Both the position numbers and the translations under genes were made by a program. Below the pieces are notes generated by a model. It saw only the letters and a program-made list of their open reading frames with translations. It did not search any database and was not told where the DNA came from. A stretch of DNA of 64,000 nt from Phycisphaerales bacterium (GTDB lineage: Bacteria; Planctomycetota; Phycisphaerae; WQYP01), in NCBI GenBank assembly GCA_027451365.1, contig DAIDJN010000056.1, forward strand, positions 118,226 to 182,225. Reading direction: 5' to 3'. Below, piece after piece: positions 28,684 to 38,663 of this stretch. How positions within the stretch are numbered: the first letter of the stretch is position 1; the number at the start of each line of letters is the position of its first letter.

Positions 28684-29583
28684 TCAATGCCCTGTTTCCT
28701 GTCGGGCCATAATTTCAGAAATCGCCGCGCTGCGCGTCGCCACGCCCAGTATGTGAAGAATATTTTCAACATGTTTTTCAATCGTGCGGCGGCTTAAAGA
28801 AAGTGTTGCCGCAATTTCCCGGTTGCTTGACCCTCGCAAAATCAGGGCCAGCACTTCGGCCTGCCGCTGTGAAAGACCGTAATTCATCAGACTCGCGATT
28901 CCCAGATGAATCTTGCTTCGCTGCAGCCGTAGAACGAATCGATCCGCCGCCAATGCACGCATTTCCGCCATTATTTTAAGCCCGTTCACATCCAGGGCCG
29001 CCCGGATCGGCGCCCGATTAACGTCCGCTGCCACCATGGCGACCGCTGCCCAGGATTTCAGCGCGGGTGGAAGCCCGGAATCGGTCATCGGCGCAGTGGA
29101 CAGACCCAGCAGTTGCCGTGCCGGCTTATTGATATACCGGATCGCTCCGGCCGATCCCACCACTATCACGCCCATATCCAGAGTGTCCAGAATATCTTTA
29201 AATTCCGACAGATCGCCGGTTAGTTCCTGGCTGAAATGCGACCCCGCCCATGCGCGGCTTATGTGTGGTTCCAATGCGCGCAAAATTTTACGGCTGTACG
29301 CGATGGCGTTTTTATCCGTGATCCCCCCCAGTAAATCCGCCTGGGCTTGTTCCCATTCCGCGGGCGGCGTCGAATTTTCATCCGCCAGTTTCGGACGTGG
29401 GCGGCGGCCCGCAATCTTTGAATTGTCCGGATCGTTGACGGATTGATGCCCGTTCCCAACCTTTGGCTGGCGTCCGCCGGGCTTTTTGCGCAGACCGGTT
29501 TGTGCGGCTGTCAATGCGGATACATGCACCTTTACCATGGTTTCCAGCAGCAAAAACAAATCTCTTGGATTCAGCGGCAGCAT
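28684..29583 (-). CDS. LuxR-family transcriptional regulator with PAS-like domain
   Basis: C-terminal LSQRQAEVL...GSSNREIA..LSLSRRTIEKHVENI; PAS-like GVIVVG...YIN..ARQLL. Confidence 0.85.
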   Translation of the reverse strand: MLPLNPRDLFLLLETMVKVHVSALTAAQTGLRKKPGGRQPKVGNGHQSVNDPDNSKIAGRRPRPKLADENSTPPAEWEQAQADLLGGITDKNAIAYSRKILRALEPHISRAWAGSHFSQELTGDLSEFKDILDTLDMGVIVVGSAGAIRYINKPARQLLGLSTAPMTDSGLPPALKSWAAVAMVAADVNRAPIRAALDVNGLKIMAEMRALAADRFVLRLQRSKIHLGIASLMNYGLSQRQAEVLALILRGSSNREIAATLSLSRRTIEKHVENILHILGVATRSAAISEIMARQETGH

Positions 29584-29732
29584 GATACAACCAAATCTCT
29601 ATCACTTCAGCCACGAAGAGTGCAGTTCTTCAGCCGGTTCGTATTCTACCCCATATACGGGCGTTCGCACAAAAGCCTGATTTCCCGGCGCCCGCTGGCA
29701 TGTGGACCGCCGCGTCGCTGCCACCAAAGGCC

Positions 29733-31079
29733 TCATGGCTGTTTCTTCAATGTCGGCAGCGTGGGAAGTTTCAATTGGGGCGGAATTCGCGCCCGCAGCG
29801 CCCTGAACAAGGGCCGGTTAATCGCCAATGGCATTGTGCCCATGGATGCAAAATATTTCCGAAGTTGGGCATAACTGCTTGTTTTCACTGAAACCGGCGC
29901 AATGTTGTTTCGATTGGTCACCATATACCAGGCATTGTCCGTCGCGCCTCCCTGCGGTTTAATAAGTTTGTAACTCCACATGGTTGACGCCCAGCCATAG
30001 TGGGCAAACGTGTCGTAATCCCGGCGCATCATGGCCGGGCCGCCGCTTTGCGTGTTGACCACATTAAACTCGCCAACAAATAACGATGTGCGCGCCTTTT
30101 TCAGAAAGTTTTCCACGGCCGGCAGTTGGCGGTGAATAAACAGGGATTGCATAAGCAGGCCGGGCGGCGAACCGAACAGCCCCGGATAATAATGCGCGGT
30201 ATACCCGGTCTGCCGCCAGCCGTGCGATGTCGGCGCTCCCCAGAATGTGACATCTCCGGTAATCAGGCACGGCATGAAAATGACATGGTCGCGATCCACA
30301 GCGCGCACGGCCTTGTATACCCGCGGCAGAAAGGCCTGCAGAAGCGGCACCATATTTTCATGGAAATTTCCCCACGGCTCATTCAGAAGATCATAGCCTG
30401 CCACCGTGGTGTTGCCCGCAAAATGCCGGGCGATAAGCCGCCATATGGCGATGGTACGCTGCTGATCAACCCGGCTGGACCAGAGTTTATCCCGATTGGA
30501 CCGCCCCGTTGGGCCGTCCACACTTTGCCGGCCTGGCGCGGCATGCATGTCCAGCACAACATATATATGATTTTTTGCGGCAAGCCGCACGGCCCGGTCC
30601 AGCCAGCGCAGCGGGTGTTTCCGCAGGGCGTAAGGCGGCTTGGTATGTTCAATCAACTGGTAATTAAATGGAACCCGCACCAGATTGAACCCGAATGACC
30701 GGATAATCTTAAAGTCCCGATTGCGGATAAAGTTCCTGCGGTAGGTGTGCATCAGCCCGCGCTCCGCCGGCCGGCCAAAACGCTGAACCAGAATCTGATC
30801 CACGGAATATTGATCCGGATATGGCCACGCGTGCATCCAGGGTTCAAAAAGAAGCCAGCAGCCCAGATTGCACCCGCGCAGGATAATTGCTTTGCCGCCG
30901 GCACCGAATCGCGTCCCCTGAATCTGAATCAGGGGCATCGGTGAGCCGGTTGCAATCCGCGGGGTTTTCGGATGCGGCGGTCTGGCCCGGATGGCCGCGG
31001 ACCAAATAAACGCCGCCAGGCATCCGGACAGAATATGCATAAGCCAAAGGCGTGTCGGTCGGGATACCTGCTCCTGCAT
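29733..31079 (-). CDS. Secreted GH5 glycoside hydrolase
   Basis: LRGCNLGCWL..EPW, FNLVRVP, LDMHAAPG, DLLNEP (acid/base), HYY, VGEF (nucleophile). Confidence 0.9.
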   Translation of the reverse strand: MQEQVSRPTRLWLMHILSGCLAAFIWSAAIRARPPHPKTPRIATGSPMPLIQIQGTRFGAGGKAIILRGCNLGCWLLFEPWMHAWPYPDQYSVDQILVQRFGRPAERGLMHTYRRNFIRNRDFKIIRSFGFNLVRVPFNYQLIEHTKPPYALRKHPLRWLDRAVRLAAKNHIYVVLDMHAAPGRQSVDGPTGRSNRDKLWSSRVDQQRTIAIWRLIARHFAGNTTVAGYDLLNEPWGNFHENMVPLLQAFLPRVYKAVRAVDRDHVIFMPCLITGDVTFWGAPTSHGWRQTGYTAHYYPGLFGSPPGLLMQSLFIHRQLPAVENFLKKARTSLFVGEFNVVNTQSGGPAMMRRDYDTFAHYGWASTMWSYKLIKPQGGATDNAWYMVTNRNNIAPVSVKTSSYAQLRKYFASMGTMPLAINRPLFRALRARIPPQLKLPTLPTLKKQP

Positions 31080-31112
31080 TGTGTCACTCCGCAAAATGAA
31101 CCCGCATGCGAT

Positions 31113-32165
31113 TCAGTAACTGACTCTGACAAACAGCCCCAGAATGGTCGCATCGCTGTGCGAGCCGGTCGGCTGGGATAGCCGCGTGGCGGCAAACACA
31201 CTGTTGGCGACGCCCCCGATTTCATAATGTCCGGAACTTGGTGGTATGTGCAGCAGGCCGTTCAGCGGATAGGTGATGGTGGTGCCCACAAAAGTGCCCA
31301 GATAACCATCCCGATAACTGTGCTGGTTCACATCCAACCGTTTTTCATTATGTGTGAATGATACACTGACCGGCGAATAAATTGTCAGGCCGCCGGTATG
31401 CGGCACCACAACTACCGGGTTAAACCCGACCTCAAAATACTGGCCCGCGCCGGAAGTATAATAGCTTCCGTCGTAATCGAACCCGACCATCACAAACGGA
31501 TGAAAGGCAAAGTCGTGCAGGAATCGGTCGTCGTTGAGACTTAGACGCAGCGAAATTTCCTGGCTGTCGGTCTGCCCGCGGCCAGTATCAACATTGCTGA
31601 GCGGATTGCCGCCGGGCACAAATATCTGATTCACCGGCGTGATAAAGTTGGTGTACGCCGTATCAAAGCGGACCAGATCCATAATGTCATACTGGTAACC
31701 GGCCGTCACATCCAGTTCAGTAAACGCGCTGGCTGGCACAAACCCCGTCTGGCCGCCGACGACGGCGGTGCCCGCGGCTCCCTGCGCCAGCCCATTGATA
31801 TAGGGCGTCCGCACGTCATTGGAATAATCCGCAAATGTTCGCAGATACAGGCTTCCAAGATGTTTCACATTCCAGGAAAGCTCCGTAATATTCTGAATAT
31901 TGAGGCGGTTGGGTGCCACATCATGATAGCGGAACCAGTAGTCGTTGAAATAGCCCAGCTGGCTCGTCAGCCGCAAGGGGGTCAGAAATCGGTGGTATGC
32001 GGCCAGAGTGTTCTTTGGCACAGCCACACTGCTGGTGCTGTTGGGGCCGAAGTAAAGCGTGGGCAGAGGCATCATGCCGTTATCCACGCCGGTGGCGGAC
32101 AAAGACGTTGCGGAAAACAGCAAAGCTGCGCAGGATATGCCTTGAATCAGAGCAGATTGCCGCAT
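31113..32165 (-). CDS. Putative outer-membrane beta-barrel protein
   Basis: Signal peptide, alternating beta-strand pattern, ELDVTAGY motif, aromatic C-terminus GLFVRVSY. Confidence 0.6.
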   Translation of the reverse strand: MRQSALIQGISCAALLFSATSLSATGVDNGMMPLPTLYFGPNSTSSVAVPKNTLAAYHRFLTPLRLTSQLGYFNDYWFRYHDVAPNRLNIQNITELSWNVKHLGSLYLRTFADYSNDVRTPYINGLAQGAAGTAVVGGQTGFVPASAFTELDVTAGYQYDIMDLVRFDTAYTNFITPVNQIFVPGGNPLSNVDTGRGQTDSQEISLRLSLNDDRFLHDFAFHPFVMVGFDYDGSYYTSGAGQYFEVGFNPVVVVPHTGGLTIYSPVSVSFTHNEKRLDVNQHSYRDGYLGTFVGTTITYPLNGLLHIPPSSGHYEIGGVANSVFAATRLSQPTGSHSDATILGLFVRVSY

Positions 32166-32428
32166 CAGAGTCTCCATTGGGTCATGCCAGTTCCGCACCG
32201 CCTTTTGACCGGCCCACAGAATAGCGGCGCGATTCCTGCGTGGCAACGCCGGCACGTCTGGCAGGAATTAGCAGCCATTAATTCCACCAACGAACACACC
32301 AATCCCGCTGTAACAAGGCGGCGGAAAGATGATGATCGCCGGTTGAGTCGAGAGGCTCATTTCCGGTTCTGCCAGAGCGTGGTGGTGCAAGTTCCCTGCC
32401 CCACTGACCCCTTGTAGGCTAATCGCGA

Positions 32429-33103
32429 TCAGGTGGCAGATTGCACAGCGTAATCAAGGATAGCCCGGACATTTGCCAGCGAATCCGGATGCCTTACCAC
32501 TGCAGACCGATGGCCGGGCAAAAAGCCGATGACGCGGCCGCCCCAGGGTGTCACATTTTCATGGCATTGCGGAAATGTGCCGTTGGCCAGCGTGGTGGTC
32601 AACAGAACCGTTGCGGGGCAGGTTTGTTCAAGTTGAATATAAATTTCATCTTCAGGCAGTTCCATCGAGTGTAAATGGGGAATAAGTGGATGGTCGCATT
32701 TGCAGACATCTACTCTGTAAGGGGCAACCGGGTGCACGGACGGGGGCACCTGGTAGGGGTCGTTGGCACGAACCCAACGATAGCCGACAATGGCTCTCCA
32801 CCAGGGCCAATGCCAGAAGGCGGCACTCCCGCCGTGAAGCAAAATCAAGGGCTTGCCCCGTTCCAGATAGCGCCGGACATTCCTTTCAGCCGCGCCGGCG
32901 ACAAGTGCCGTTGTGCCGGTACCGGCGATGAAATTCAAGATTAAAAGCGAACAATTGTCCGCAAATGTAGAAGATTCGAGGCAAGGAAATGCATTTTCTT
33001 CAAAATGAAATGTGTAGTCGGCTTGGAGCGCCTCACGAAGCGCGGCACCGGGTCGGGCACCGAAATGATCATCGGCAAGAAAATAGATCATGAACTGCTC
33101 CAT
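32429..33103 (-). CDS. ThuA-domain protein
   Basis: GKPLILLHG, HPLI, DEIY, GRVIGFLPGH. Confidence 0.85.
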   Translation of the reverse strand: MEQFMIYFLADDHFGARPGAALREALQADYTFHFEENAFPCLESSTFADNCSLLILNFIAGTGTTALVAGAAERNVRRYLERGKPLILLHGGSAAFWHWPWWRAIVGYRWVRANDPYQVPPSVHPVAPYRVDVCKCDHPLIPHLHSMELPEDEIYIQLEQTCPATVLLTTTLANGTFPQCHENVTPWGGRVIGFLPGHRSAVVRHPDSLANVRAILDYAVQSAT

Positions 33104-33657
33104 AAGCCGCCATGGGCCGAATGGGCCGACAGCGATTTTTGTTTAATACTATCCAGAGCAGCGCTTGCAGGCCAGACCATTACTTGGGCGGCAGCCAATG
33201 GGTGCCTGCGGTTGTGAATTTTGGTGTCCGAATCCGACAGTTTCAAGGTCCGCGAGGGTACTGGGGCTGGCGAGATTAATTTTTCGTATCTACGAATAGT
33301 GAAAATCTAAAATCTTTTTTGACTTCCGATAAAACATGTAGTAATCTTCACGTCGACAGGTCACCGTGCAACGACGGTTGCTCTGAGTCGGCGTTTGGCA
33401 TTCAGGCATTGAATCCTGCGGACTGCGCAGCCTGGAGTGCGGAAAGCCGGGCCGAATCAAACCGCTGAATCGTTCAGTTTCACCTGTTGTTGTAAAAAAT
33501 AGAATAAATTGCAATCGTCGCGAAGGGAATGGATTTCCACGCATATTTGCGATTAAATGGATTGACACATTTAGGTGTTTGAATGTATTGGCGATGTTTG
33601 TGTGTCGCGCGGTAGCGCGGCGCGATTTATACTTTTTTTCTGGAAGGAGACTTCACC

Positions 33658-34746
33658 ATGCACGTTAAGAATAAACCGGTCCGAGTGATGGCTTTGCTGG
33701 CGGTCTGCGCCGGCGTAACGGGTCTGACCGGCGCGCATTGCGCCCGGGCAATTGCCCCGAGCGATCAGATCATTTACACCGTTGATCCTAACGCTGGTGG
33801 AACCTCGTTCCCGATTGGAAATCCGATTTATGCGGCCGTGGAGGTTGTGGCTTCCGACGGCAGCTCCGGTACGGGGAGTGTGGTGGGCAAGTACACTTCC
33901 AACGGCAATCTTTATTTTGAAGTTCTTACCGCCGCCCATGTGGTCGACAACGGCGCGCTGGTCAACGGCAATATCGGGTATGGTTCCCCGCAGCCGCCCA
34001 ATGCGCTGGCCGCCCCAATGGATCCGTATCAAGTTGTCGCCACGGGAGGGAGCACCGGCAAGGAGGATATGGCCCTTCTTGCGGTAAACGTCGGCCCCAC
34101 AACGAATATCATTGATTTGGGGTTCTATGGCTTAATGACGCCCCTGACAGTTACGCCTTACGCAGTGCCAAATCCCTATACGTCCCAATCGCTTGGATTC
34201 ACGGAAATTGGTTATGGCCGCACAGGCACTGCCCAAAATTTCGCGGGCGTACCGGGCTACACGCAGACAATTCCGAGCGGAGGCACCAAAATGTTCCAGA
34301 ACAACAAGGTGAATGCCATCACAACACCGACCAGCTGGGGGAGTTATACCTATCAGGGGGTGGAGTGGCTAAGCGTTGCACCAGCGAACAATAACGGAAC
34401 TGGAACATCATTCGCCGGCGATTCCGGCGGCCCATATCTGATGTCCACCAACGCGGCGGACCAGGCCACGGTCAATGTTTACGGCCGGCCTGGTGGAACA
34501 GTGGCAATACCGATTACCACCAACGGCCTGTTCGCGATTCATACTGCGGGCTATTACAACGCGCCCAACATAAAAATGAATGCGTCGCTGAATCGCGGTG
34601 AACTGATTACCAACGCGGATCTGGGCTGGATTAACACCAATATCGGCAACACCACCCCGGTGCCTGAACCCGCTGCGCTTGCGCTGCTGACTGTTGGCGG
34701 GGTGATGCTGCTGTTGCGAAAGCGGCAGTTCAGCCAGCGATCCTAA
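33658..34746 (+). CDS. PEP-CTERM-anchored trypsin-like (S1) serine protease
   Basis: Signal peptide; LTAAHV, DMALL, GDSGGP triad motifs; VPEPAALALLTVGGVMLLLRKR; AAGGAG RBS. Confidence 0.9.
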   Translation: MHVKNKPVRVMALLAVCAGVTGLTGAHCARAIAPSDQIIYTVDPNAGGTSFPIGNPIYAAVEVVASDGSSGTGSVVGKYTSNGNLYFEVLTAAHVVDNGALVNGNIGYGSPQPPNALAAPMDPYQVVATGGSTGKEDMALLAVNVGPTTNIIDLGFYGLMTPLTVTPYAVPNPYTSQSLGFTEIGYGRTGTAQNFAGVPGYTQTIPSGGTKMFQNNKVNAITTPTSWGSYTYQGVEWLSVAPANNNGTGTSFAGDSGGPYLMSTNAADQATVNVYGRPGGTVAIPITTNGLFAIHTAGYYNAPNIKMNASLNRGELITNADLGWINTNIGNTTPVPEPAALALLTVGGVMLLLRKRQFSQRS

Positions 34747-34812
34747 GCCTGTCGGTCTTGCGTATTGCATGTATACGTCAACATGTGTTATGTGAAACTT
34801 CCGGAGTTTGAT

Positions 34813-35781
34813 ATGCAATGCCCAGCGACAATTTTCAAGTCCGTCGGATATTGGGCGCTTGGAAGCCTGCGCGTGGGGCCTGGATTCATGGTCGCCATAC
34901 TTCTTCTGAGCTTCCTTTCCCTTCAGGGCTCTCTTTTGGCAGCCACCACTGCGGGGCCGACGAAAGGTGGCGACGATTTTAACACCACCAGCCTGGTCCC
35001 CACGACACCCATCAGCATCGGTCAGGGAACGACGGTGACACAATGCCCATGGATAAATACGGGTATGAATGCCTTTGTGGCGGCCAATCCAACCTGGGCC
35101 TACAGCTGGAGCACAACAGCATTGCCGGGGACTTTGGCTTACAGCAGCTATATCCCGTGGGCGGCCAATCAGCCCCCTATCACCCTTCCGGATGGCACGG
35201 TGAATCCGAGCAAATACAGCAATGCTGAACGGGGTGGCGCGAGTTTCATTACCACGTTTAATCCGCAGGGGGGCACCGCAGTAAATGGAATTGGCTTCAT
35301 TCAAGCCTATCAGGAAACTTTTACGAATTTTGATCCCACCGCCAACGGCGGCAATGGTGCGCCCGTTAACAGCAGCGTAAGCTATGTAAAACTGGATAAC
35401 GCCGCCGTTGCAAGCAATCCCTTTTATAACACTGGTTCCGGCGGCGGTTATATAGGCGCGGCCAACCAGGGTGCGACCAATCAGACTTGGATGGAAGACC
35501 GTCCCAACGACCCGGAACCAGCAGCCGCGGATGCGGCGGGAATTCCGGCGGCCACGGCGGCCGCCGCGGAAAATTTTATTGCCAACGTTCAGTTTCAGGT
35601 GGTTGTGGCCGTGGATACCGGTCCCAAGGCGGGGGGAGCTCAACATAACATAGTTTTGTACAACGGGTACTGGTGGGGCTATCAGTACAGCAGCACGGAT
35701 ACACCGGAACCAGCGGCACTCACGCTGCTGGGGCTTGGCGGGGCGATGCTGCTGATGCAGCGCCGCCGGCGATCCGTCTGA
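34813..35781 (+). CDS. PEP-CTERM protein, unknown function
   Basis: Signal peptide; T/N/G-rich; TPEPAALTLLGLGGAMLLMQRRRR; GGAG RBS before ATG 34813. Confidence 0.88.
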   Translation: MQCPATIFKSVGYWALGSLRVGPGFMVAILLLSFLSLQGSLLAATTAGPTKGGDDFNTTSLVPTTPISIGQGTTVTQCPWINTGMNAFVAANPTWAYSWSTTALPGTLAYSSYIPWAANQPPITLPDGTVNPSKYSNAERGGASFITTFNPQGGTAVNGIGFIQAYQETFTNFDPTANGGNGAPVNSSVSYVKLDNAAVASNPFYNTGSGGGYIGAANQGATNQTWMEDRPNDPEPAAADAAGIPAATAAAAENFIANVQFQVVVAVDTGPKAGGAQHNIVLYNGYWWGYQYSSTDTPEPAALTLLGLGGAMLLMQRRRRSV

Positions 35782-35841
35782 TTCGGACTCTTCTTAGGCG
35801 CTTGCTGGTAAAATTCATCCCCCGGGCGAGAGAGCGCAAGC

Positions 35842-35878
35842 GCCGCGTTGCCTCCCGGCAGCGCGGTGAATTTTTTTT
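35842..35878 (+). terminator. Rho-independent terminator
   Basis: GCCGCGTTGCC/GGCAGCGCGGT stem followed by a T8 tract. Confidence 0.7.
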
Positions 35879-36077
35879 GGATTGCCGGAAATTTCACTGC
35901 TTGTGCCGGCTGGCTGTCGACGGATCGCTTTGACCGCTTCATCGCCGGGGATGCGCCTACATAAACATTTACGCCGTCCTGCGGAAGGAACCTTATGCCG
36001 TTTGCCTGATTCGATCGGCCTAATCGTGCCGCCATAATTGGTATTGGCGAGGTGATCGTTTGCAATCGGAGGATGTA

Positions 36078-37247
36078 ATGGACATATTGAAAAACGCCTG
36101 TTCATGTCCTTGCAGCACGATGTTGCCGTTGGCGGCAATCGTCGGCATCGGTGTCTCTATATCGAATCTCGGGCAGCTAAGGGGGGATTCGGCGGACGTG
36201 ATATTGCAGGCCGGCGAGCGCGGATTTGGACACTTTGATCAGAACGCGACCAATACCACGACGCGACCATCCAGTCGGGTCAGCTTTTTGGTCACACCTG
36301 CCATACAAGAGGTGTCCGCAATGGGGCCAGCGGCATGCGCCCCCACTTCAGTCGTTAATTCATTTAATTTTCTGCAAGCACAATACTATCTTTCCAGCCT
36401 GTACAGCGTCGGCGACCCATATTCGACCATCAGTCGTTTGGCTTCGGGAACATATATGGGAACTACTCCAGGCGTTGCGAATCCCAACTCGCAGACCGGT
36501 TATATTGGCGGCGGAACATTTCCAGAGAATTTCGTGCTGGGAAAGGAGAAATACCTGCAAAACATACCCGGTGGAATCACCGGACCAACCGGCCAGCATT
36601 ATGCCATTCAAACAGTTGGGCAGGTTGCGGGTCAGTACAGCAGTCTGCAGGCGTACAACGGCACCGGCCAGCCATTCACTCAGGCTGTGAATGGCCCCTG
36701 GATGGGTGGCGTATCCAATCAAATTCCAAGTGCGCAGTTTATTTTCCAACAACTCAAGGCGAACGAGGATGTTGAGATGTTCTTTGCCTGGACCGATGCA
36801 AACGGCAGCAATCCGCGGCCAGGTCATGTGGTTACGCTGACCCAAATCAACTACAACCAGACACAAAATTCAGGAACCCTGAGTTTTGTGGCTCCAACGA
36901 ACAGTATCAATGTTGGCACAAATGCGAACCCAATATATTCGTACGCGCATGGCACTGGTGACGCACCGGATATCACCAGTCTTACCCTCACCCAAATGCC
37001 CAATGGTTATCTCCGGTTCAGCTATGCGGGCGGCGCGGCGAACGTTTCCGCGGACGATAACAGTGGTGGTTCGGCCTACGGCATCGTCGTAGCCGCCATT
37101 GCCGAAAGTCCCATCCCAATTCCGGAACCGGCAAGCCTGTCGCTTCGCGCAATTGCCATGATTGGCTTCGCATTGCCGCGACGGAATATTTCACCGCGCT
37201 GTTCCTGTGAAAATTTCCTCCGACATGGGAACGCGCCCGGCATCTGA
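36078..37247 (+). CDS. PEP-CTERM-like protein with putative papain-fold (C39-like) cysteine peptidase domain
   Basis: ACAPTSVVNS (Cys at helix start) and GHVVTL (His); IPEPASL tail with an atypical TM segment; GGAGG RBS. Confidence 0.7.
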   Translation: MDILKNACSCPCSTMLPLAAIVGIGVSISNLGQLRGDSADVILQAGERGFGHFDQNATNTTTRPSSRVSFLVTPAIQEVSAMGPAACAPTSVVNSFNFLQAQYYLSSLYSVGDPYSTISRLASGTYMGTTPGVANPNSQTGYIGGGTFPENFVLGKEKYLQNIPGGITGPTGQHYAIQTVGQVAGQYSSLQAYNGTGQPFTQAVNGPWMGGVSNQIPSAQFIFQQLKANEDVEMFFAWTDANGSNPRPGHVVTLTQINYNQTQNSGTLSFVAPTNSINVGTNANPIYSYAHGTGDAPDITSLTLTQMPNGYLRFSYAGGAANVSADDNSGGSAYGIVVAAIAESPIPIPEPASLSLRAIAMIGFALPRRNISPRCSCENFLRHGNAPGI

Positions 37248-37506
37248 CAGACAGTTGTCAGTGGCATACGACATTTCGAAGTTCTGCGCTGGTCACAGTC
37301 ATTCGCCACCCGCGTCCATGCGGGAGAATGGAGTGTGATACATGAAATAATAACATCAATTGTGCGCGAGCCTGCGTGGATGCTTATCGCTAAACCGCCT
37401 GCGCTCGCGCAAGGGAGAACGGGGTTTTGTCACACACGCCAATGCGCGGGGACGTTCCCCGTGCAATTCGGCGCTGTGGATCGCCTTTCTTTTTAAGGAT
37501 TGTTTT

Positions 37507-38160
37507 ATGAAAACCACACTCATTACTTTATCCGTCGCCGCTGTCGCTTTACCGGCCGGCATCAGCATTGCCGCGCCAATCGGCGTGGGCGACCCGCCGG
37601 CCGGGACGCCACCCATCAGCATTGTCGTCACAGAGGCCAAAGCCAACAGCAGCATTATTATTACGGAAGGAACCGGAACATCATTCAACGCTGTGGTGGC
37701 CGTAGCCAGCGGGCCGGATGGCGTGCCGGAATATTCCACGGGTGGCATCTTCCTGCAGGCCGGGGATATTTACTGGCTTAATCCGACCGGCATTTTGCCC
37801 ACTATTTCGGACATGATGCGCATATATCCTAGCGCGGGCAACACCGGCGACACTTTTTCCGTATTTTCCGCCAGCTATCCGGAAGACGGGCAGGAAGACC
37901 CCGCTTCCAAACCGCTCCCGGACAGTCCTTACGATGTCAATGCTCTGCCGGGCGGTCTGTTTCCGGTCAGTTCCGCGGGTACGGCCAATTATGCCAGCGT
38001 CCAGGAAAACGGTACCTACGTTTCGCCCGGGGGCAACGGAAGTGCCGGCAGTTTTACCTTCAACAGCGACCATGATGTCGTGCCCGAACCCGCCAGCATC
38101 GGGCTGATCGCCGCAGCGGGCGGAATGCTTCTGCTGTCCCGGCGTCGTCGGACGGTCTGA
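37507..38160 (+). CDS. PEP-CTERM protein, unknown function
   Basis: Signal peptide MKTTLITLSVAAVAL; VPEPASIGLIAAAGGMLLLSRRRR. Confidence 0.9.
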   Translation: MKTTLITLSVAAVALPAGISIAAPIGVGDPPAGTPPISIVVTEAKANSSIIITEGTGTSFNAVVAVASGPDGVPEYSTGGIFLQAGDIYWLNPTGILPTISDMMRIYPSAGNTGDTFSVFSASYPEDGQEDPASKPLPDSPYDVNALPGGLFPVSSAGTANYASVQENGTYVSPGGNGSAGSFTFNSDHDVVPEPASIGLIAAAGGMLLLSRRRRTV

Positions 38161-38663
38161 AAATAATCTTGGGAAACCACGCCTTTCCAGAGGGAGAGGA
38201 GAGTGTCACATCTTGTACCCGTGCGCCAGTCATCGGCCGCGATGAATTCCATGAATGCTGTATACCTGACATGAATGCTTATGCGACCACCGCAAAATCC
38301 GGCTGGTGTCTGAACATTTTATAAAATGGATTCTAAAACATGGCGCTGATGCATCATCCTGCCGCGCTATCCGAGATGCGTAAGATGTTATCGGCCATCT
38401 GAAAAATTCTACGGATCGGTCGCGGCCTTATTGCACATCGCCAAAATAGAGTAATATGCAATCGGCCTGCTGCCGGCCGATAGACGCAACTTCGCCCGCA
38501 GCCGCCTAAAATGTAACGTGCGGGCATGTGCCGGTTTTGGGACTCCGGAGGCAGCCGCAAAAGGACCATGGAAAAGGCGCGGCATGACAGATTGTGGACA
38601 AAGCTTTCATTCGACAGGCGTCAGCCGCCAAGGCGGCTTGAACCGGCATGGGTGGCAAATCCA

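Noticed and set aside
33308..33332. Second sigma-28-like site TAAA...TCCGATAA upstream of the PEP-CTERM array
   Set aside because: The spacer is 13 nt instead of 15 and the -10 box has a mismatch; too weak to call.
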